Shown here: one piece after another, positions 15,461 to 29,925 of the stretch | Layout: the number at the start of each line of letters is the position of its first letter | Position numbering within the stretch: position 1 is the stretch's first letter | Notes under the pieces: model-generated | The model's database searches: none | Told to the model about the DNA's origin: nothing | What the model saw: only the letters and a program-made list of their open reading frames with translations | Made by a program: the position numbers and the translations under genes | Source: the human T2T-CHM13v2.0 reference genome, Homo sapiens | Length of the DNA stretch: 64,000 nucleotides | NCBI RefSeq assembly: GCF_009914755.1 | Contig: NC_060925.1 | Reading direction: 5' to 3' (one strand)

Positions 15461-15534
15461 TTTTACTTATTATTTATAATAATCATGCCTGTTTTTAATG
15501 GAAAAAGCATTCATGCCCACTACATTTATCCTCA

Positions 15535-15717
<183 letters not shown>

Positions 15718-16499
15718 TCAGAAACACAAACCAGGGACACATTAGAGCTCGAGCTCCCATCCTTCCCGCATCCACGTCGACCACTGTCAGAACAGTCAAG
15801 GGGACACCCTGGGGGACACAGGGGTGCTGCTGCAACAGCAAGTCCACCATGTAACACTGCACGCTCTCCCAAATGATTCAGAAATTCCCCAAAACGCTGC
15901 TTTTTAAGAGATGGGGGTCTCACTAGGCTGCCATGACTGGTCTCAAACTCCTGAGCTCAAGCAATCCTCCCGCCTCAGCCTCTCATTGCTCTTTCAACGC
16001 ATTTCCAAATTACCAAAGCTTGCCTGCAGGCCTGATACGGCCAAGTTACCAGGAAATGCCACAGAGGATGGAGGCTCCTTCCTCAAGGCTGGCCTACGGC
16101 AGAGGACACCTGGCCTCTGCCTGGCACCATGAGAGAGGAAAGGCATGACGCCCTGCAGTGATGTCTGTGACACCTGATTTGGGAAGCACTGGATTAAACA
16201 GAGCAGCAGGTCTTGCTGCCCCCTGACTCTCCGTCCTATGAGAAACTAATCACAGGGCACGCCTAGAAGGCAGCATGCAAGGCCTCCGTAGACCCTCAGC
16301 AGCCGCAGCTGGAAGCATCCATAATGCTAACCCCCAAATTGTCAGAGCACAAAAGGAAAAAAAAAGGGGGGGGCTTTTTCCAAACTTCCAACTCCAAAGT
16401 TTGTTCCTAATGGGCACAACTTCCAAGAGGAAAGAAACACAAGGAAGAACTCCCACGTGGGTGAGTCAACACCTGACATGCACAAATGACCTCATTTCA

Positions 16500-16853
<354 letters not shown>

Positions 16854-17817
16854 TCAGATGATGCTTAGTCAAGATGAGTGCAAGCAAATGACAGATACAG
16901 CACCCAATCCCAGCCACTGGCCTTGGGGCACTGCCCGGGCAGTTTTGGCATTTCCAACACAGCATGATCCTCTCAGCAACGCACACCCTCAGATGCCTCG
17001 ATCCCCAAAACCCGACACTAGCTTTCCAAGGCTGGGCTGACCATTCTCAAGATGCAGCAAACTCGTACTTGGCTCCTTCAAGACTCCTCCAAGGTCCCAC
17101 AGCCCACTCCCCCAGAGCCCCCCTTTCCCAGAGGCTGCTTCCCCAGAGCCCCCTTCCCTGGGGCCCAATTCCCTGGACGACGATGGAGAGGTGCTCAGAG
17201 GCAGAGCTCATCACATTTCAACTCTGTCTACCCAGAGACCTGAGACTGGGTGTACAAAGGGAAACATGTTTAGGCACTAAGTCATAAACCAATAAAAACA
17301 GAACCAGCCCCAAAGTGGTCACTCGATATTAAAGTGTTTCATCTTAACAAAAATGTACAGGCGCTATAACAAATGAACAAGGATATTCCCCTGGCTATTA
17401 GTGTTTATTAAATTATGTGATCTTTGCAAAATGATCCTCAAATTTTCAAGTTTTCTTTACTGTCCATTAATCAAGCTGAACAGACCTAAATTCAGCCTAT
17501 TAGTCTTTGGATAACGAAAATAAAACTATGCAGATAACTGAGTATCTGCCAGTTGGATTGGAACAAAAATACAAAGATAGTAAAAATACACAATAAAGTG
17601 ATTTTTATGGGACTGTATAAAATTCAACAATGATATTCCTAAAACAACTCTACCCTCACACAATCCGCCCTGACAAACAAGAAAACAGCAGGAACTACAC
17701 CAAGGAAACGGATGTTGGTGTTTCAATCCTATTCTCTGCTTTGTGTTTACATAAGACCATATTATGTAGAACTGCATTTTCAAGAACGGGTAGGGAGCAA
17801 ACAAGTCCAGCTCATTC

Positions 17818-17821
<4 letters not shown>

Positions 17822-17870
<49 letters not shown>
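17822..17870. repeat. (CA)n microsatellite, about 22-23 units
   Basis: Read directly from the sequence. Confidence 0.97.
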
Positions 17871-17871
<1 letters not shown>

Positions 17872-18944
17872 CTTGCTAACTTCATAGACTACTAGGATGA
17901 GCACCTGAATCATTCATTCTCACAACTAAATAGTACAGCCCTCCTATGTGCCAAACACCGTTCATGCACATCACGTGTCATTGTAAACAAAACAAAGTCC
18001 CTGTCCTGGTGACACTCACCACAGGAGACCGACAATAACAGATAAGAAGGCCAGCTGCTCCCAGGAAGGGCTGAGCACCCGGGAGGAACGCGGGGTGACA
18101 GCTGGAGACACGGTGGCAAGGGCGGGGAACAGCACCCCCGCAGGACAGTCAGGGGACCCCGTCCAGACCTGAAGCCTGAGGGGAAACAAGCAGAGATGTG
18201 CAGGAAGAACATTCAGGAAAGTCAGCTACATGCTCCAGGACCCATGCAGGGACAAGCATGAGTCCGAGGCCACCTAGGCAGAGGCATGCCTGAATCCGGG
18301 ACCACAAAACAGGCCCAGGAAGCAGCACACAGTGAAGTAGGGAAACCAGCAAAGACCAAACCATGACCAGGAGGCAGCACATAGTGAGGCAGGGGAAACT
18401 GGCAAAGACCAAACCACGTGCATCTTGGAGGACCAGGAGCCTAGGTGTCAGTCCAAGGGCAATGAGAAGCCAGCAGCAGGTTTTAAACACAGAAGAAAAA
18501 TGGCTGAATTTATGTGGCCTCTCCTGTGGCAGCCAGTCTGGGCTTGCTCTCATGGAGGCAGATGTTTAAGAGAGGAGTTTAAGAGAGGGTCCCTAAAAGT
18601 CCAATTACACTTCATCTTACCCAAAAGGCCGAGAAGCAATGAATTTATGTTTTTAAAAGACCTCTTTGACTACTGAGTGAAAAAAATGTTCTCTGGGACT
18701 TTCAAGTGAACATGAGGGACACTTCCTCAGAGAATTTCCTTCCCCCAATACCTAAGGAGCAAAATATGCCACCAATCAAGGATGGCAGCATAACAGACCG
18801 CACCAGCCTTCAGGACCTGGCACCAAGGCAGGACCCAAGCCTTGAAGCTCAAAGGGAGGAGGGCAGGCACCATGCCCAACTCCGCCTCCACCCCCAGGAG
18901 CTATGGCCGAGTTGGCAAAATCCTGGGAATTCCACCAAACCCTC

Positions 18945-19270
18945 ATGGTAAAGGATTCATCTGCAGCTCCAGGTAAGGGATCTTTAAAGCCATACCCTTT
19001 GTCCTGTAACCTGGAGTCCCCTACCTCTCTGACTCTGGACTTGGCCAGTGACCTGCTTTGGCCAGTGGGAGAGTAACAAATTTAATCCAAAAAGAGGTTT
19101 GAAAATGTCTGCACATTTCCAACTCCTCTCTTAAACATCTGCCTCCACGAGAGCAAGCCCAGACTGGCTGCCACAGGAGAGGCCACAGGAGCCACGCCAC
19201 CCCAACCAAAGTCATCCTAGACCAGCAGCCCCCAGCGGACCAGCCAACTCATTGCAGGCCCATGAAGATT
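18945..19270 (+). mobile_element. Old MaLR LTR fragment (MLT1-like)
   Basis: GTGACCTGCTTTGGCCA and CATCCTAGACCAGC motifs. Confidence 0.6.
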
Positions 19271-21074
19271 TTCCAAAAAAGTCCCTTTTACTTCCTGCTC
19301 GAGATTCTACTAAAAGTCAGGATACACATGGAAGAATGCTCAGCCCCAACCTGAAAATAGCCCAAAAGTCCATCAACAGTAGAATGGATTTATAAATCCT
19401 GGTGCCCTCACACGGACGACCATCCAGCAAAAAAAGTGAGCAAATGGAGCCACAGCCACTGCAGACAGCCTCCCACGGGAGCATGGTCTTGAGCAAAAGC
19501 AGCAAAACAAAACAGAAGAAAAAAGTACGACTTCATTTAAAGATAGGTCAAAAGCAGGCAAGCCTATATTGTTTAGAGATGCATCGATAGGCGGTAGAAC
19601 CAGAACAGAAAGCCAAGATGTGATTAGCACAAAGGCCCGAGGGAATGGGCGGGGAGGAAGGTGCAGCCGGAGGAGACCCGCGAGGCTCTGAGGGTGCCTC
19701 TGTGGGTGCCGGGCCCAAGGCCTCCCTCTGCCGTCCTTCCTCGTGTCGCGCAGTCACACAATTGCATTCTGTGCGCTTCTGCGGGACTCATCACGAAAAG
19801 GGTGTGACGTGAAGAGGACTCGACGCAACAGCAAGATGTTACCCACACCAGTCTCTTGGCTCTCTGCAATTAAAGTTTCTTTCTCTTTGTTTCTGAAGTT
19901 GAAAGTGAAGACTCTCTCATTCTAGGAGGGGGAACAAGGAGTGGTTTGCCCACAACCCAGGTCTGAGGGCCCCTCCTTCCAGAGTTGAGAGCAGCCAGGG
20001 CTGACCCCTCTTCTCCCTACTCCATCTGGTGATCATCAGCAAAGGCGCAGGCAAGGGGGCTGAGCCCAGGGCTCCAGCAGAACCAGGCAATCTCCGTCCC
20101 ACATGCCTGTTCCCCCTGCTGCTGGCGACAGAAGAGCCAGGGCGGACAGACCTCATTCCAACACTATTTGTGACAGTTCATCAGGCCCAATTTTTCCAGA
20201 CCAAGGACAGATTATCGCCTAGAAAACATAAGCAGTCCCCAAACCTGCAAAGGCTTTTCCAAGTCTTGTCTGGCATACAAACAAGCTTCTACACAGAAAA
20301 TCCAAGACAACTTTTGCTGTCAGAGGTGACAGGAGCTCTAGAAACAACCTCCCTGGCCCTGGTGTTTTACAGCTCGCAAGCCAGAGCATCGCTGGGACGG
20401 AGCCGGAGAGGAAACCCCAGCGCATGCTGCGTACTAGGCAGGCTGAGCTCCACGCACCTGCACGACGCAGACATCCCTCCCAGGGGCCACAGGCAAACAG
20501 GCTCAAAAGCCTCTGCCTAACAGATGGACAAGCCCTCCAGACGCCCTGCCTGGGCACCTGGACAAACCCATACACTGAAAAGCAACAGACAGGAACAGCA
20601 GGGAGTGTGAACAGGCTCTCAGTGACCAGGACACAATGACCTGTGACACGGGCAGGCCGAGGGGACAGTGAGTCTGGGGGCGCCTTCCCAGGGGCCCAAG
20701 GTGGGTGAGATGACCGAGGCTTCCAGCCACCTCCGGAAACGAGCCCCATGTCCCCGCCGACGTCCTCTGAACATGGGAAGGGTTCTATGGGTTTCCCTAT
20801 GCTCATCTGGTGATTTAGTTTACTTTAAATGAGGACTATTTCATGATCTACCAGAATTAACTTTAGTTAACATCTCAGGCCAACAGCACCTTCATCACTG
20901 TTGAAGTTAAAACAACTGGAGGCTCTGTGGGGGCCTTGGCTGTGGAGGAAAGGGGTCCCTAAAGATCCAATTCACCTCCAGAAAGAGGGGAAAAGACAGA
21001 ACTACATCCTTAGGGCCACAGGGCCCTCCTCAGCAGCATCAGATGCGGGGTCTCCCCTGCCCCACCCACCCCTA

Positions 21075-21386
<312 letters not shown>

Positions 21387-21564
21387 CTACCCACCCCAGC
21401 CTCAGCCGGGGCCTGCAGCAACGAAGGGTGCTCGGGACTCCCAGACAGAGCACAAGGCCCAAGCCAAGCCTCCACAACAATTAAGCAAATACAGATTTCA
21501 TTGGCAGTCCAAAATCTACCCCAAACCTCCTCCAGGAACAGTTTTTCTGTTGTTTTGTTTTTCA

Positions 21565-21882
21565 TTTTTTTGTTTTTCTGCTTGTTTGTTTGTTTGTTTG
21601 CTTTGAGACGGAGTCTCGTTCTGTCGCCCAGGCTGGAGTGCAGTGGTGTGATCTCAGCTCACTGCAACCTCCGCCTCCAGGTTCAAGCCATTCTTCTGCC
21701 TCAGCCTCCCAAGTAGCTGCGATTACAGGTGACTACCATGACGCCCAGCTAATTTTTGTATTTTTAGTAGAGGCGGGGTTTCACCATATTGGCCGGGCTG
21801 GTCTCGAACTCCTAACCTTGTGATCCGCCTACCTCGGCCTCCCAAAGTGCTGAGATTACAGGCGTGAGCCACCACACCTGGC
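21565..21882 (-). mobile_element. AluS
   Basis: Reverse Alu flanked by repeated CAGGAACAGTTTTT. Confidence 0.93.
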
Positions 21883-22984
21883 CCAGGAACAGTTTTTATA
21901 ATTCGACAACTCAAAGAACACAGATTGGAGAAGGCAAAGTGACACGTGCGGCCCTGCAGCCTGCTGCCCGGCATGGCTTCCTTCCTCTCTCCAGCAGGAA
22001 CACGGCCAGCCACGCCGCTCCTTACTTTACTGTGTTACCTTGAACCATCTGCAAACACACTGAGCAGGCATGAGCCTGTCAAGGCAACCAGCAAAATACA
22101 GCCTGAACGGCACCACGAGAAAAGGGTCCCATCCAGAGGACAGTGGCCCCAGGGACCCAGCTCACGGTCTCGTGCAAAGCAGGCCCATGAAAAACCTTGG
22201 CTGAGAGAGGGAAGGACCCTGGGCTGCCTGGGGAGCCTTCTCCACTTGCTCTAGAGCAAAGGCTCATCCAGGAGGAGGAAGGATGAGCCAACCGTTTCCC
22301 AACCTACACACACCTGTGGACTCTGCCCCTTCTTTCTCCACCATCGTCATCTTCTTCTGGTCCTAGCTCCATCTCTTCCTATATTTTAATGATCTTTTAC
22401 TTATGTAGATATGTAGATTTTTAAAAGCTAATTTCAAAGTTGAAAAAAAAGAAAACACTGAGGTAACACTCCATGCTGATGAAACTGCCGTCAAAAGAGC
22501 ACTCTACTATCCTGCTGAAGATTATGAGTCAGTATCGCCTTTGCCTTTGAGTATGTCAAAAGCTTTAAAATATCACTTTCTGCCCCAGTAATTCCACTTT
22601 TTGAACCTATTCAGTGAAAATAATCAAAGACAGAAGCAAAGATTTATGTGCAAGAATATTCATTGAAACTTTATTATAATAGAGAAAAATCGAAGCAACC
22701 AAATGTTCAATAGGGGAATGTTCACTAAACTATTATTCATCCTGCTGAATAAGAACAAAAAAAATCATACTGTCAAAGATTTAATAAATTGAGAAATAAT
22801 CGTAATATTGTAAGTGAAAAGAATAGTAACATATGAAACTATTACGATTCCATCTGATAGCGATGGTATTTAAAAGCATGTGCACTTACATGTATACATG
22901 TGGATCTGCAGGCAGGAACTGTAGATTATTTTCTTCTTTATAGTTTTCTATATTGTCCCCATCACAAACTCACATTAGGTTTGC

Positions 22985-24500
22985 CCAATGGAACAGAATA
23001 GAGATTCCAGAAATAAATTCATGCCACCTACAGCTGACTGATTTTTAAAGAGGTGCCAAGAACACGCACTGGGGAAAAGGCAGTCTCTTCAATAAATGGT
23101 GCTGGACAAACTGGACACCCACATGCAGAAGAATGAGATGAGACGCCCTACCTCTCTCCATATATAAAAGTCAACTCAAAATAGATTGAAGACTTAAATG
23201 TAAAACCTGAAACTATGAAACTACTAGAAGAAAACGGAAGAAGTGCTTCGTAACACTGGGCTGAGTAAGGATTTTTTTAAGTAACATTGGGCTGTGAAAG
23301 GATTTTTTTAAATAAAACCGTAAAAGCACAGGCAACAAAAGCAAAAAGAAACAAATGGATTATATCAAAATAAAAAGGTCTTACACAATAAAGTAAACAA
23401 TTAACCGAGTGAAGAGATAACCTGCACAATGGGAGAAAATATTTGTAAACTATATATCTAACAAGGGGTTAATATCCAGAATACATAAGGAATTTAAGCA
23501 ACTCAACAGAAAAAAAAAAAAACTAGTAGCTTGATTTTAAAATGGGCAAAAGGCCTTAACAGACATTTCTCAAAAGAAGACGTTCGAATACCTGTAGGCA
23601 CAGGAAACGATGCTCAGCCTCACTAGTCATCAGGGAAGTGAAAATTAAAACCACAATGAGATACCACCTCACTTCAGTGAGAATGGCCACCATCAAAAAG
23701 ATAAAAGAAAATAAGCATTGGTGAGGACGTGGAGAAAAGGGAACACCTATACAATACGGGTGGGACTGCAAATTACAACAGCCACTATGGAAAACTAGAC
23801 AGAGGTTCCTCAAAAAGTTGAAAATAGAATTCCCATATAATTCAGCAATCCTACTACTGAGTATATAATATCCAAAGGAAATGAAATCAGTATGTCAAAG
23901 AGATATCGCCACTCCCATGTTTATTGCAGCACTATTCACAACAGTGGAGACACAGAATCAACCTAGGTGTTCATCAATGGATGAATGCATAAAGAAAAGT
24001 AGTGTATCTACACAATGGAGTACTTACGCAACCACGATCAAAGAATGAAGTCCTGTCGCTTGCGACAACACAACATGAATGGACCTAGCAGACATCAAGG
24101 TTAAGTGGAATAAGCCAAGCACAGAAAGACAAATACCACATGATCTTACTCATATGTGGGATCTCAAAAAGAAGAGTTGGTACCATAGAAGCGGAGCACA
24201 GAACAGTGGTTATCAGAGACTGAGGAGGGGAGGGAGAGGTTGTCAAGGGGTCATGGTACAAGTTACAGTCTAAATTCTGCTGTTCCTGCACAGCAGGGTA
24301 ATGACGGTTACCAGTAAGTTCCCGTAAAATACAAAAGAGCTAGAAGAGCAGCTAGAAGAGCGGCTTCTGAATGTCCTGACCACACAGAAATGATGAGTGT
24401 GGGAGATTACAGTCACGCTAGTACTCTCATTTGATCTACTCTACAACACATACGTGTACTGAAACATCACACTGTTCCCCATAAATATATACAATTACAG
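22985..24500 (+). mobile_element. L1MA-type 5'-truncated LINE-1 (ORF2 end and 3' UTR)
   Basis: CAATGGAACAGAATAGAG, AATAAATGGTGCTGG, ACAATGAGATACCACCTCAC, TTTATTGCAGCACTATTCACAA. Confidence 0.9.
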
Positions 24501-25899
24501 TAAGCCAAGAAACATTTTAACAGAATGTTTCAAAAAGCTGGGGGGGGGGGGGGGTGCAGGGAGGGATGACATAAACTAAAATAACGGAGGACAAAGGCCA
24601 TTTCCCAGACCGACTTCCTTTAGGAAAGATCACTTGTGTGCCATGGGTGCCCCATCTCAAGAGGCAGCAACTCAGTGGAGGGATCAGGGTCACCAGGCAT
24701 CTGGGAGGGGGCAGAAGTCAGTGCTCCTGGAAGTGGCCCAGGCTGGGAAGGAAAGAGGTTCTGTGTGGCCACCTCATGACCAGGGTGCACACGCACCCCC
24801 AGGAGCAAAAGCCATTCCAATAGTTGTGACCCTGGTCTGCACAGAGAGCTGAAGATGCAAGTCCCACGCACAGGAAGTCATCAAGGGAGGAAAGATGGGT
24901 TCCCACCAGGACAGCCAGACTGAGGAGCTACATCTGCAGTGAGTAGAAACTTCCAGATCCTGGAGGGCCCAGGGAAGCCAGAGAAGCCTGGGTATCCTCA
25001 TTCAGCCGGCTTGGCAGGCCACATCTTGCAAGCATCATGGGCTCTGGAGTAAAGCACCTGAGCCCAAGCCTGGCTCAGCCACCAAGTTACTCTGTGACCT
25101 TCGAGAGGCCAGGCCTGGACAAAAACACAGCTGGGCCCGGTGCTGAGTGTTGCCTTCGCACATCTGAAGGGCTAGCTAGCAAAGGGCAAACAGATCAGAC
25201 CTCCCAGGACGCTCTACTGTAGGAGGCTTGGATCTGGGCTGAATTTAAGACACAACTTTCATGATGAAGACGCTAGTGCTTTACCAATCCATCTCATTTT
25301 CTCCCCAAATACATCTTTATGAGCAGGCCCTATTATTGTCCCCAATTTATAAAGGAAAAACAAAAGCAAAGACTTGGAGAGGCTGGGAAACCTGCCCCCA
25401 GCTCACATCGTGGCTAGACGTGGAGCAGACAACCGCCACAGGTCTGTCAGCCTCCAGCATAACCCAACAAGCATCCTTTTACTACCTGAAATCATTCACT
25501 CTTTCACTCACTCATTCAACTAACCAACCAACAGCAGCAACCACGGCAGACATGAACCCCACCGTGGCAGAAGTGACCCCCACTGCAGCAGAGGCGTTCT
25601 GCCCTTCATGCTCTGTAGCTTGGCCTACCTTTAATTTATCTGTTGCCAAGTCTCTGGCTAGGAAAGGAATTCCCAATAACAGCATTGCTCCTATGGAAAA
25701 ACACACCCCACTCTACAACAATCCATTTTATTCTGGGACCCCCATAAGCACACTACAGAGAAAACAGGGATTGCCAGCAAACCCTTCACAAGCAAGAACC
25801 CCCTTCCCACTGACATACAGTGGAGAGCCCCTGAGATTCCCCTAGGCCCTAACGGGCTCCCACAGCCCACAGCCTCTTGGGGACACAGCTCTTCTGCTA

Positions 25900-26262
25900 G
25901 GGATATTTAATTCAGCAGAATGCACCTCAGAAACAAGACCACTGCAACAGTGGGATATTTAATTCAGCAAAATGCACCTCAAAAACAAGACCGCTGCAAC
26001 AGTGGGATATTTAATTCAGCAGAATGCACCTCAAAAACAAGACCGCTGCAACAGTGGGATATTTAATTCAGCAGAATGCACCTCAAAAACAAGACCGCTG
26101 CAACAGTGGGATATTTAATTCAGCAGAATGCACCTCAAAAACAAGACCGCTGCAACAGTGGGATATTTAATTCAGCAGAATGCACCTCAAAAACAAGACC
26201 GCTGCAACAGTGGGATATTTAATTCACCAGAATGCACCTCAAAAACAAGAACGCTGCAACAG
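25900..26262. repeat. 52-bp VNTR, 7 near-identical copies
   Basis: Unit GGGATATTTAATTCAGCAGAATGCACCTCAAAAACAAGACCGCTGCAACAGT at 25900, 25952, 26004, 26056, 26108, 26160 and 26212. Confidence 0.96.
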
Positions 26263-26747
26263 CGACAGCAGAATGAAAACTACATTTAGGAATGATTTAA
26301 GCAGGAATGAAAATGACTTTGAGCTAGTCCAGGTTTATTCTAAAACACCTATTGCCTTTGGTGACTGTGGTTAGATTTGAGGTCTGCCCTTACCAAAATC
26401 CATTCAAGAGAGACCTATGACCTCCCTCCTAAGAGTGCAATGTGACATCCTCAGCACCCAGCCCAGGGCCTGCTTCACAGTGTCTACTCAATAAATATTT
26501 GTTGAATAAATCAGTGAATAAATGAATGAATTAGTGAATACGTAAAAAGTATACACCAAACTATGATCAGTGGTTTTCTCCACGGAGTTAGACTAGAAGG
26601 GAAGACTTTCAGTTTTCACTAAATGTACTGAACACACATGAACTTCGTGGTTTTAAAACGCTCTTTAGCATATTGTATAAAAGGGGCAAACAACTGACAA
26701 GCTGCATTGGCACTGGCCAGGAACAGCCGTCAGAAAGCAGCCTCAAG

Positions 26748-27363
26748 GCCAGGCACAGTGGCGCATGTCTGTAATCCCAGCACTTTGGGAGGCCAAGGCA
26801 GGTGCATTCCTTGATGCTGGAGCTCAGGAGTTTGAGACCAGCCTGGGCAACACGGAGAAACCCTGTCTCTACAAAACATACAAAAATTAGCTGGAGGCCA
26901 GGCGCCATGGCTCACACCTGTAATCCCAGCATTTTGGGAGGCCGAGGTAGGTGGATCACCTGAGGTCAGGAGTTCGAGACCTGCCTGGCCAACGTGGTGA
27001 AACCCCGTCTCAACTGAAAATACAAAAATTAGCTGGGCATGGTCGTGAACACTTGTAATCCCAGCTACTCGGGAGGCTGAGGGAGGAGGATCACTTGAAC
27101 CCGGAAGGCGGAGGTTGTAGTGAGCCGAGATTGTGCCACTTCACTCTTGCCTGGGCGACAGAGCAAGACTGTCTCAAAAAAAAAAAAAAAAATTAGCCAG
27201 GCATGGTGGCACATGCCTATAGTCCTTACTACTCAGGAGGCTGAGGTGGGAGATTGACTTGAGCATGGGAGGCAGAGTTTGCAGTGAGCCAAGATTGTGC
27301 CACTACACTCCAGCCTGAAGAAGAGCCAGACCCTGTCTCAAAAAAAAAAAAAAAAAAAAAAAA
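26748..27363 (+). mobile_element. Nested Alu: AluS (26896-27190) inside the linker of an older Alu
   Basis: Left arm, complete Alu, then right arm; AAAAATTAGC is repeated on both sides of the inner element. Confidence 0.9.
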
Positions 27364-28151
27364 GAATTAGAGAAGAATCTGGCTGTCATTACATACATAA
27401 TTTAAAAAGTTTAAAAAGTAAAATAAAAAGAAAGTAACCTCAGGGCCCACACGGCACTGGCACCCCAAACACAACAGAAAGGCTGGGCAAATTGTGTTTC
27501 TCTCCCAAAACAACTCTGAGAGTGGGGGCGGGGGGCGGGGGGGCGGCAGGTGTTGCTGAGATACCTATCCTTTCTCTCCGAAAGGCGCATACGACCCTTA
27601 CCTGGTGGAGTCAGTCAGTCCCCCTCCCTCCCTCCGGACACCATGGCGTGTGCTCACCCTGCCCTCAGATCCCCTGCTCACTCGATTTTCAACACCAGCA
27701 GCATAAAACGTCATTAATTTTGCAATGTTCTAGGCACTGCCAGCATTCGTTTGGCACCTTGGTGACGGGCCGGCTGCTCCACACCTGGAAGGCCGACTTG
27801 AGGCCAACGGGCCAGACCTCTTCCGAAGCATGGCTTTTAAGAATGAGGAGCAGGAATCATGCACCCCAGGCTCAAGCTCTTTAATCCAAAACTCTGTCTC
27901 CCATCTTGTGGTCCCCTTGGCCCCAGCTTGACACAAGACACTAGGAACAAAACCAGGCCTGTCCTCTTGGGGCACCACGGCTTCTCATTTGCAGTCCTAG
28001 TCATGAGGCTGAGCCAGTCCAGTGACCTGCAGGTAATTCTGTTGGTCTGCAGTTCTACTGACACCCACGGGCAAGTCACAAAGTGATGACTACCCCTCCG
28101 GCTCCAAGACTCCCAGGTAGTAAGACTGACACAGCTGACTTGAAAGCAGCA

Positions 28152-28480
28152 CACAGCTAGTCCCAAGATCAGTATCCACCAGGCGACATCTCACAGCTAG
28201 TCCCAAGATCAGTATCCACCAGGTGACATCTCACAGCTAGTCCCAAGATCAGTATCCACCAGGTGACATCTCACAGCTAGTCCTGAAGATCAGTATCTAA
28301 TAGGCAACATCTCACAGCTAGTCCCAAGATTAGTATCAACCGGGTGACATCTGAAAGCTAGTTCTGAAGATCAGTATCAACTAGGCAGCAGCACACAGCT
28401 AGTTCCAAGATCAATATCAACCAGGCGGCAACTCACAGTTAGTCCTGATGATCAGTATCAAGCAGGCGACATCTCACAGC
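28152..28480. repeat. About 40-bp minisatellite, about 8 copies
   Basis: Unit CACAGCTAGTCCCAAGATCAGTATCCACCAGGTGACATCT. Confidence 0.93.
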
Positions 28481-29384
28481 GGCGCCTACAGGGCCCTCCC
28501 TGGCCAGCAGAACAGGGGCCAGAAGGACAAGCCACGGACCAGGTCTCAGAGCCAGACACAGGTTTTCATGTTCTCTTTGCTCAACTCAACAGCAGTGACA
28601 ATGAGGCCTTCCCTCTGTCTCCTTCTTCCTTTCAGAGGATTGCAGGCAGATTACAGGGTAAGACACCCCGAAGTGGGCGTGGAGAGCACTTATAGCTCAG
28701 TGAGCAGGACAGACCCAGACTGCGACCCCACGCTTGCTCTTGTTCAGAGTTCATTCCTCCCTTCTCATTTCTCACCCTCTCCTCCCTGGAATGCTGGAAA
28801 AACAGTGACTTCACAATGATGATGTCCACCATAGACCTATCCAAGAAATTAATTAACTCAGATAATAACATCTACACCCCAGCACCAACCAGAATGCCTG
28901 TACGATGCACAGGGCTGTCATTGCCAACAACCAGGGACCTGCGCCGGAGCCGAGCTGCATCCTTTTCTTCAGGGTCCAGAATGAGCCAAACTCTCAGCAC
29001 AGCACTGCTCTCGGTCCCCGCCCCTCACACACAAGGTCAAATCCTGCTCTTCCTGGAACCCAGCAGGGAGTCAGTCACCCAAGACACCCGAGGTTCTGGT
29101 GGTGCCAGGACATCTCCATCACATGACAGGTAGAAGGAGGCTGGTGTGTCCCTTCTCCTGGAGTCCTCAAGAAAGCCACACAAAAGTCTCCAGAAGTGCC
29201 TGGAAGAAGCATGCAGCCCAGGCCATGAGGACCACCCAGAAGATTCCTACAGCAGAGCACACCCCCAACACTCCCATGGCTGCTGGGGTCGACCCAATTC
29301 CACCACCAGAGAATCAACTTCTGAAAACCACACCAAGACAGAGCCCTTGTCCTTTAACACGAATTTCAGTTTCCAAAAATCCTC

Positions 29385-29925
29385 AGGTCACTGCACACCC
29401 ATGTTCACAGCAGCCAGAAGGCGGAAGGCTCAAGTGTTAACTGATGAAACAATCAGCAGAACATGGTCCATCCATAGACTGGAATATCATCCAGCCTTAA
29501 GATGAAAAGGAAGGAAACTGGGACACACACTATAACATGGATGAACCTCGAAAACACTCCACTCAGAACTTTGAAGACATTTCACTCTTAGGATGAACTA
29601 ACAGAGCAATTCCCCTCTCTTCCTAAAGAATGCCGGCCACTGAAGGACAAGGACTGCATGATCCCAGTCCTATGAGGTCCCTAGAGTCACTGAAACCATG
29701 AAGACAGAAAGCGGAAGGGTGGCTGCCAGGGGCTGGGGGAGTAGGGAATAGGGAGTCAGTGTGGAAGGGGACGGAGCTTCAGCCGGGGAAGAGGAAAGAG
29801 CTCAGGGATGGATGGTGCTGCTGGCTGCACTACAATGTGAATGTACTTATTGCCACTGAACTGTACATTTTAAAAGGGCTAAGACGGTCAATTTTATGTT
29901 ATCCTTATTTTACCTTAATTTAAAA
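29385..29925 (+). mobile_element. L1MB-like 3' end
   Basis: ACATGGATGAACCTCGAAAAC and ACAATGTGAATGTACTTA.TGCCACTGAACTGTACA. Confidence 0.75.

Noticed and set aside
24540-24554. G15 homopolymer
   Set aside because: Simple mononucleotide run near an L1 end; no further structure and its length is unreliable.
25900-26262. Regular repeats resembling a CRISPR array (also 28152-28480)
   Set aside because: Head-to-tail units without unique spacers, no cas genes, human intron; these are VNTRs.
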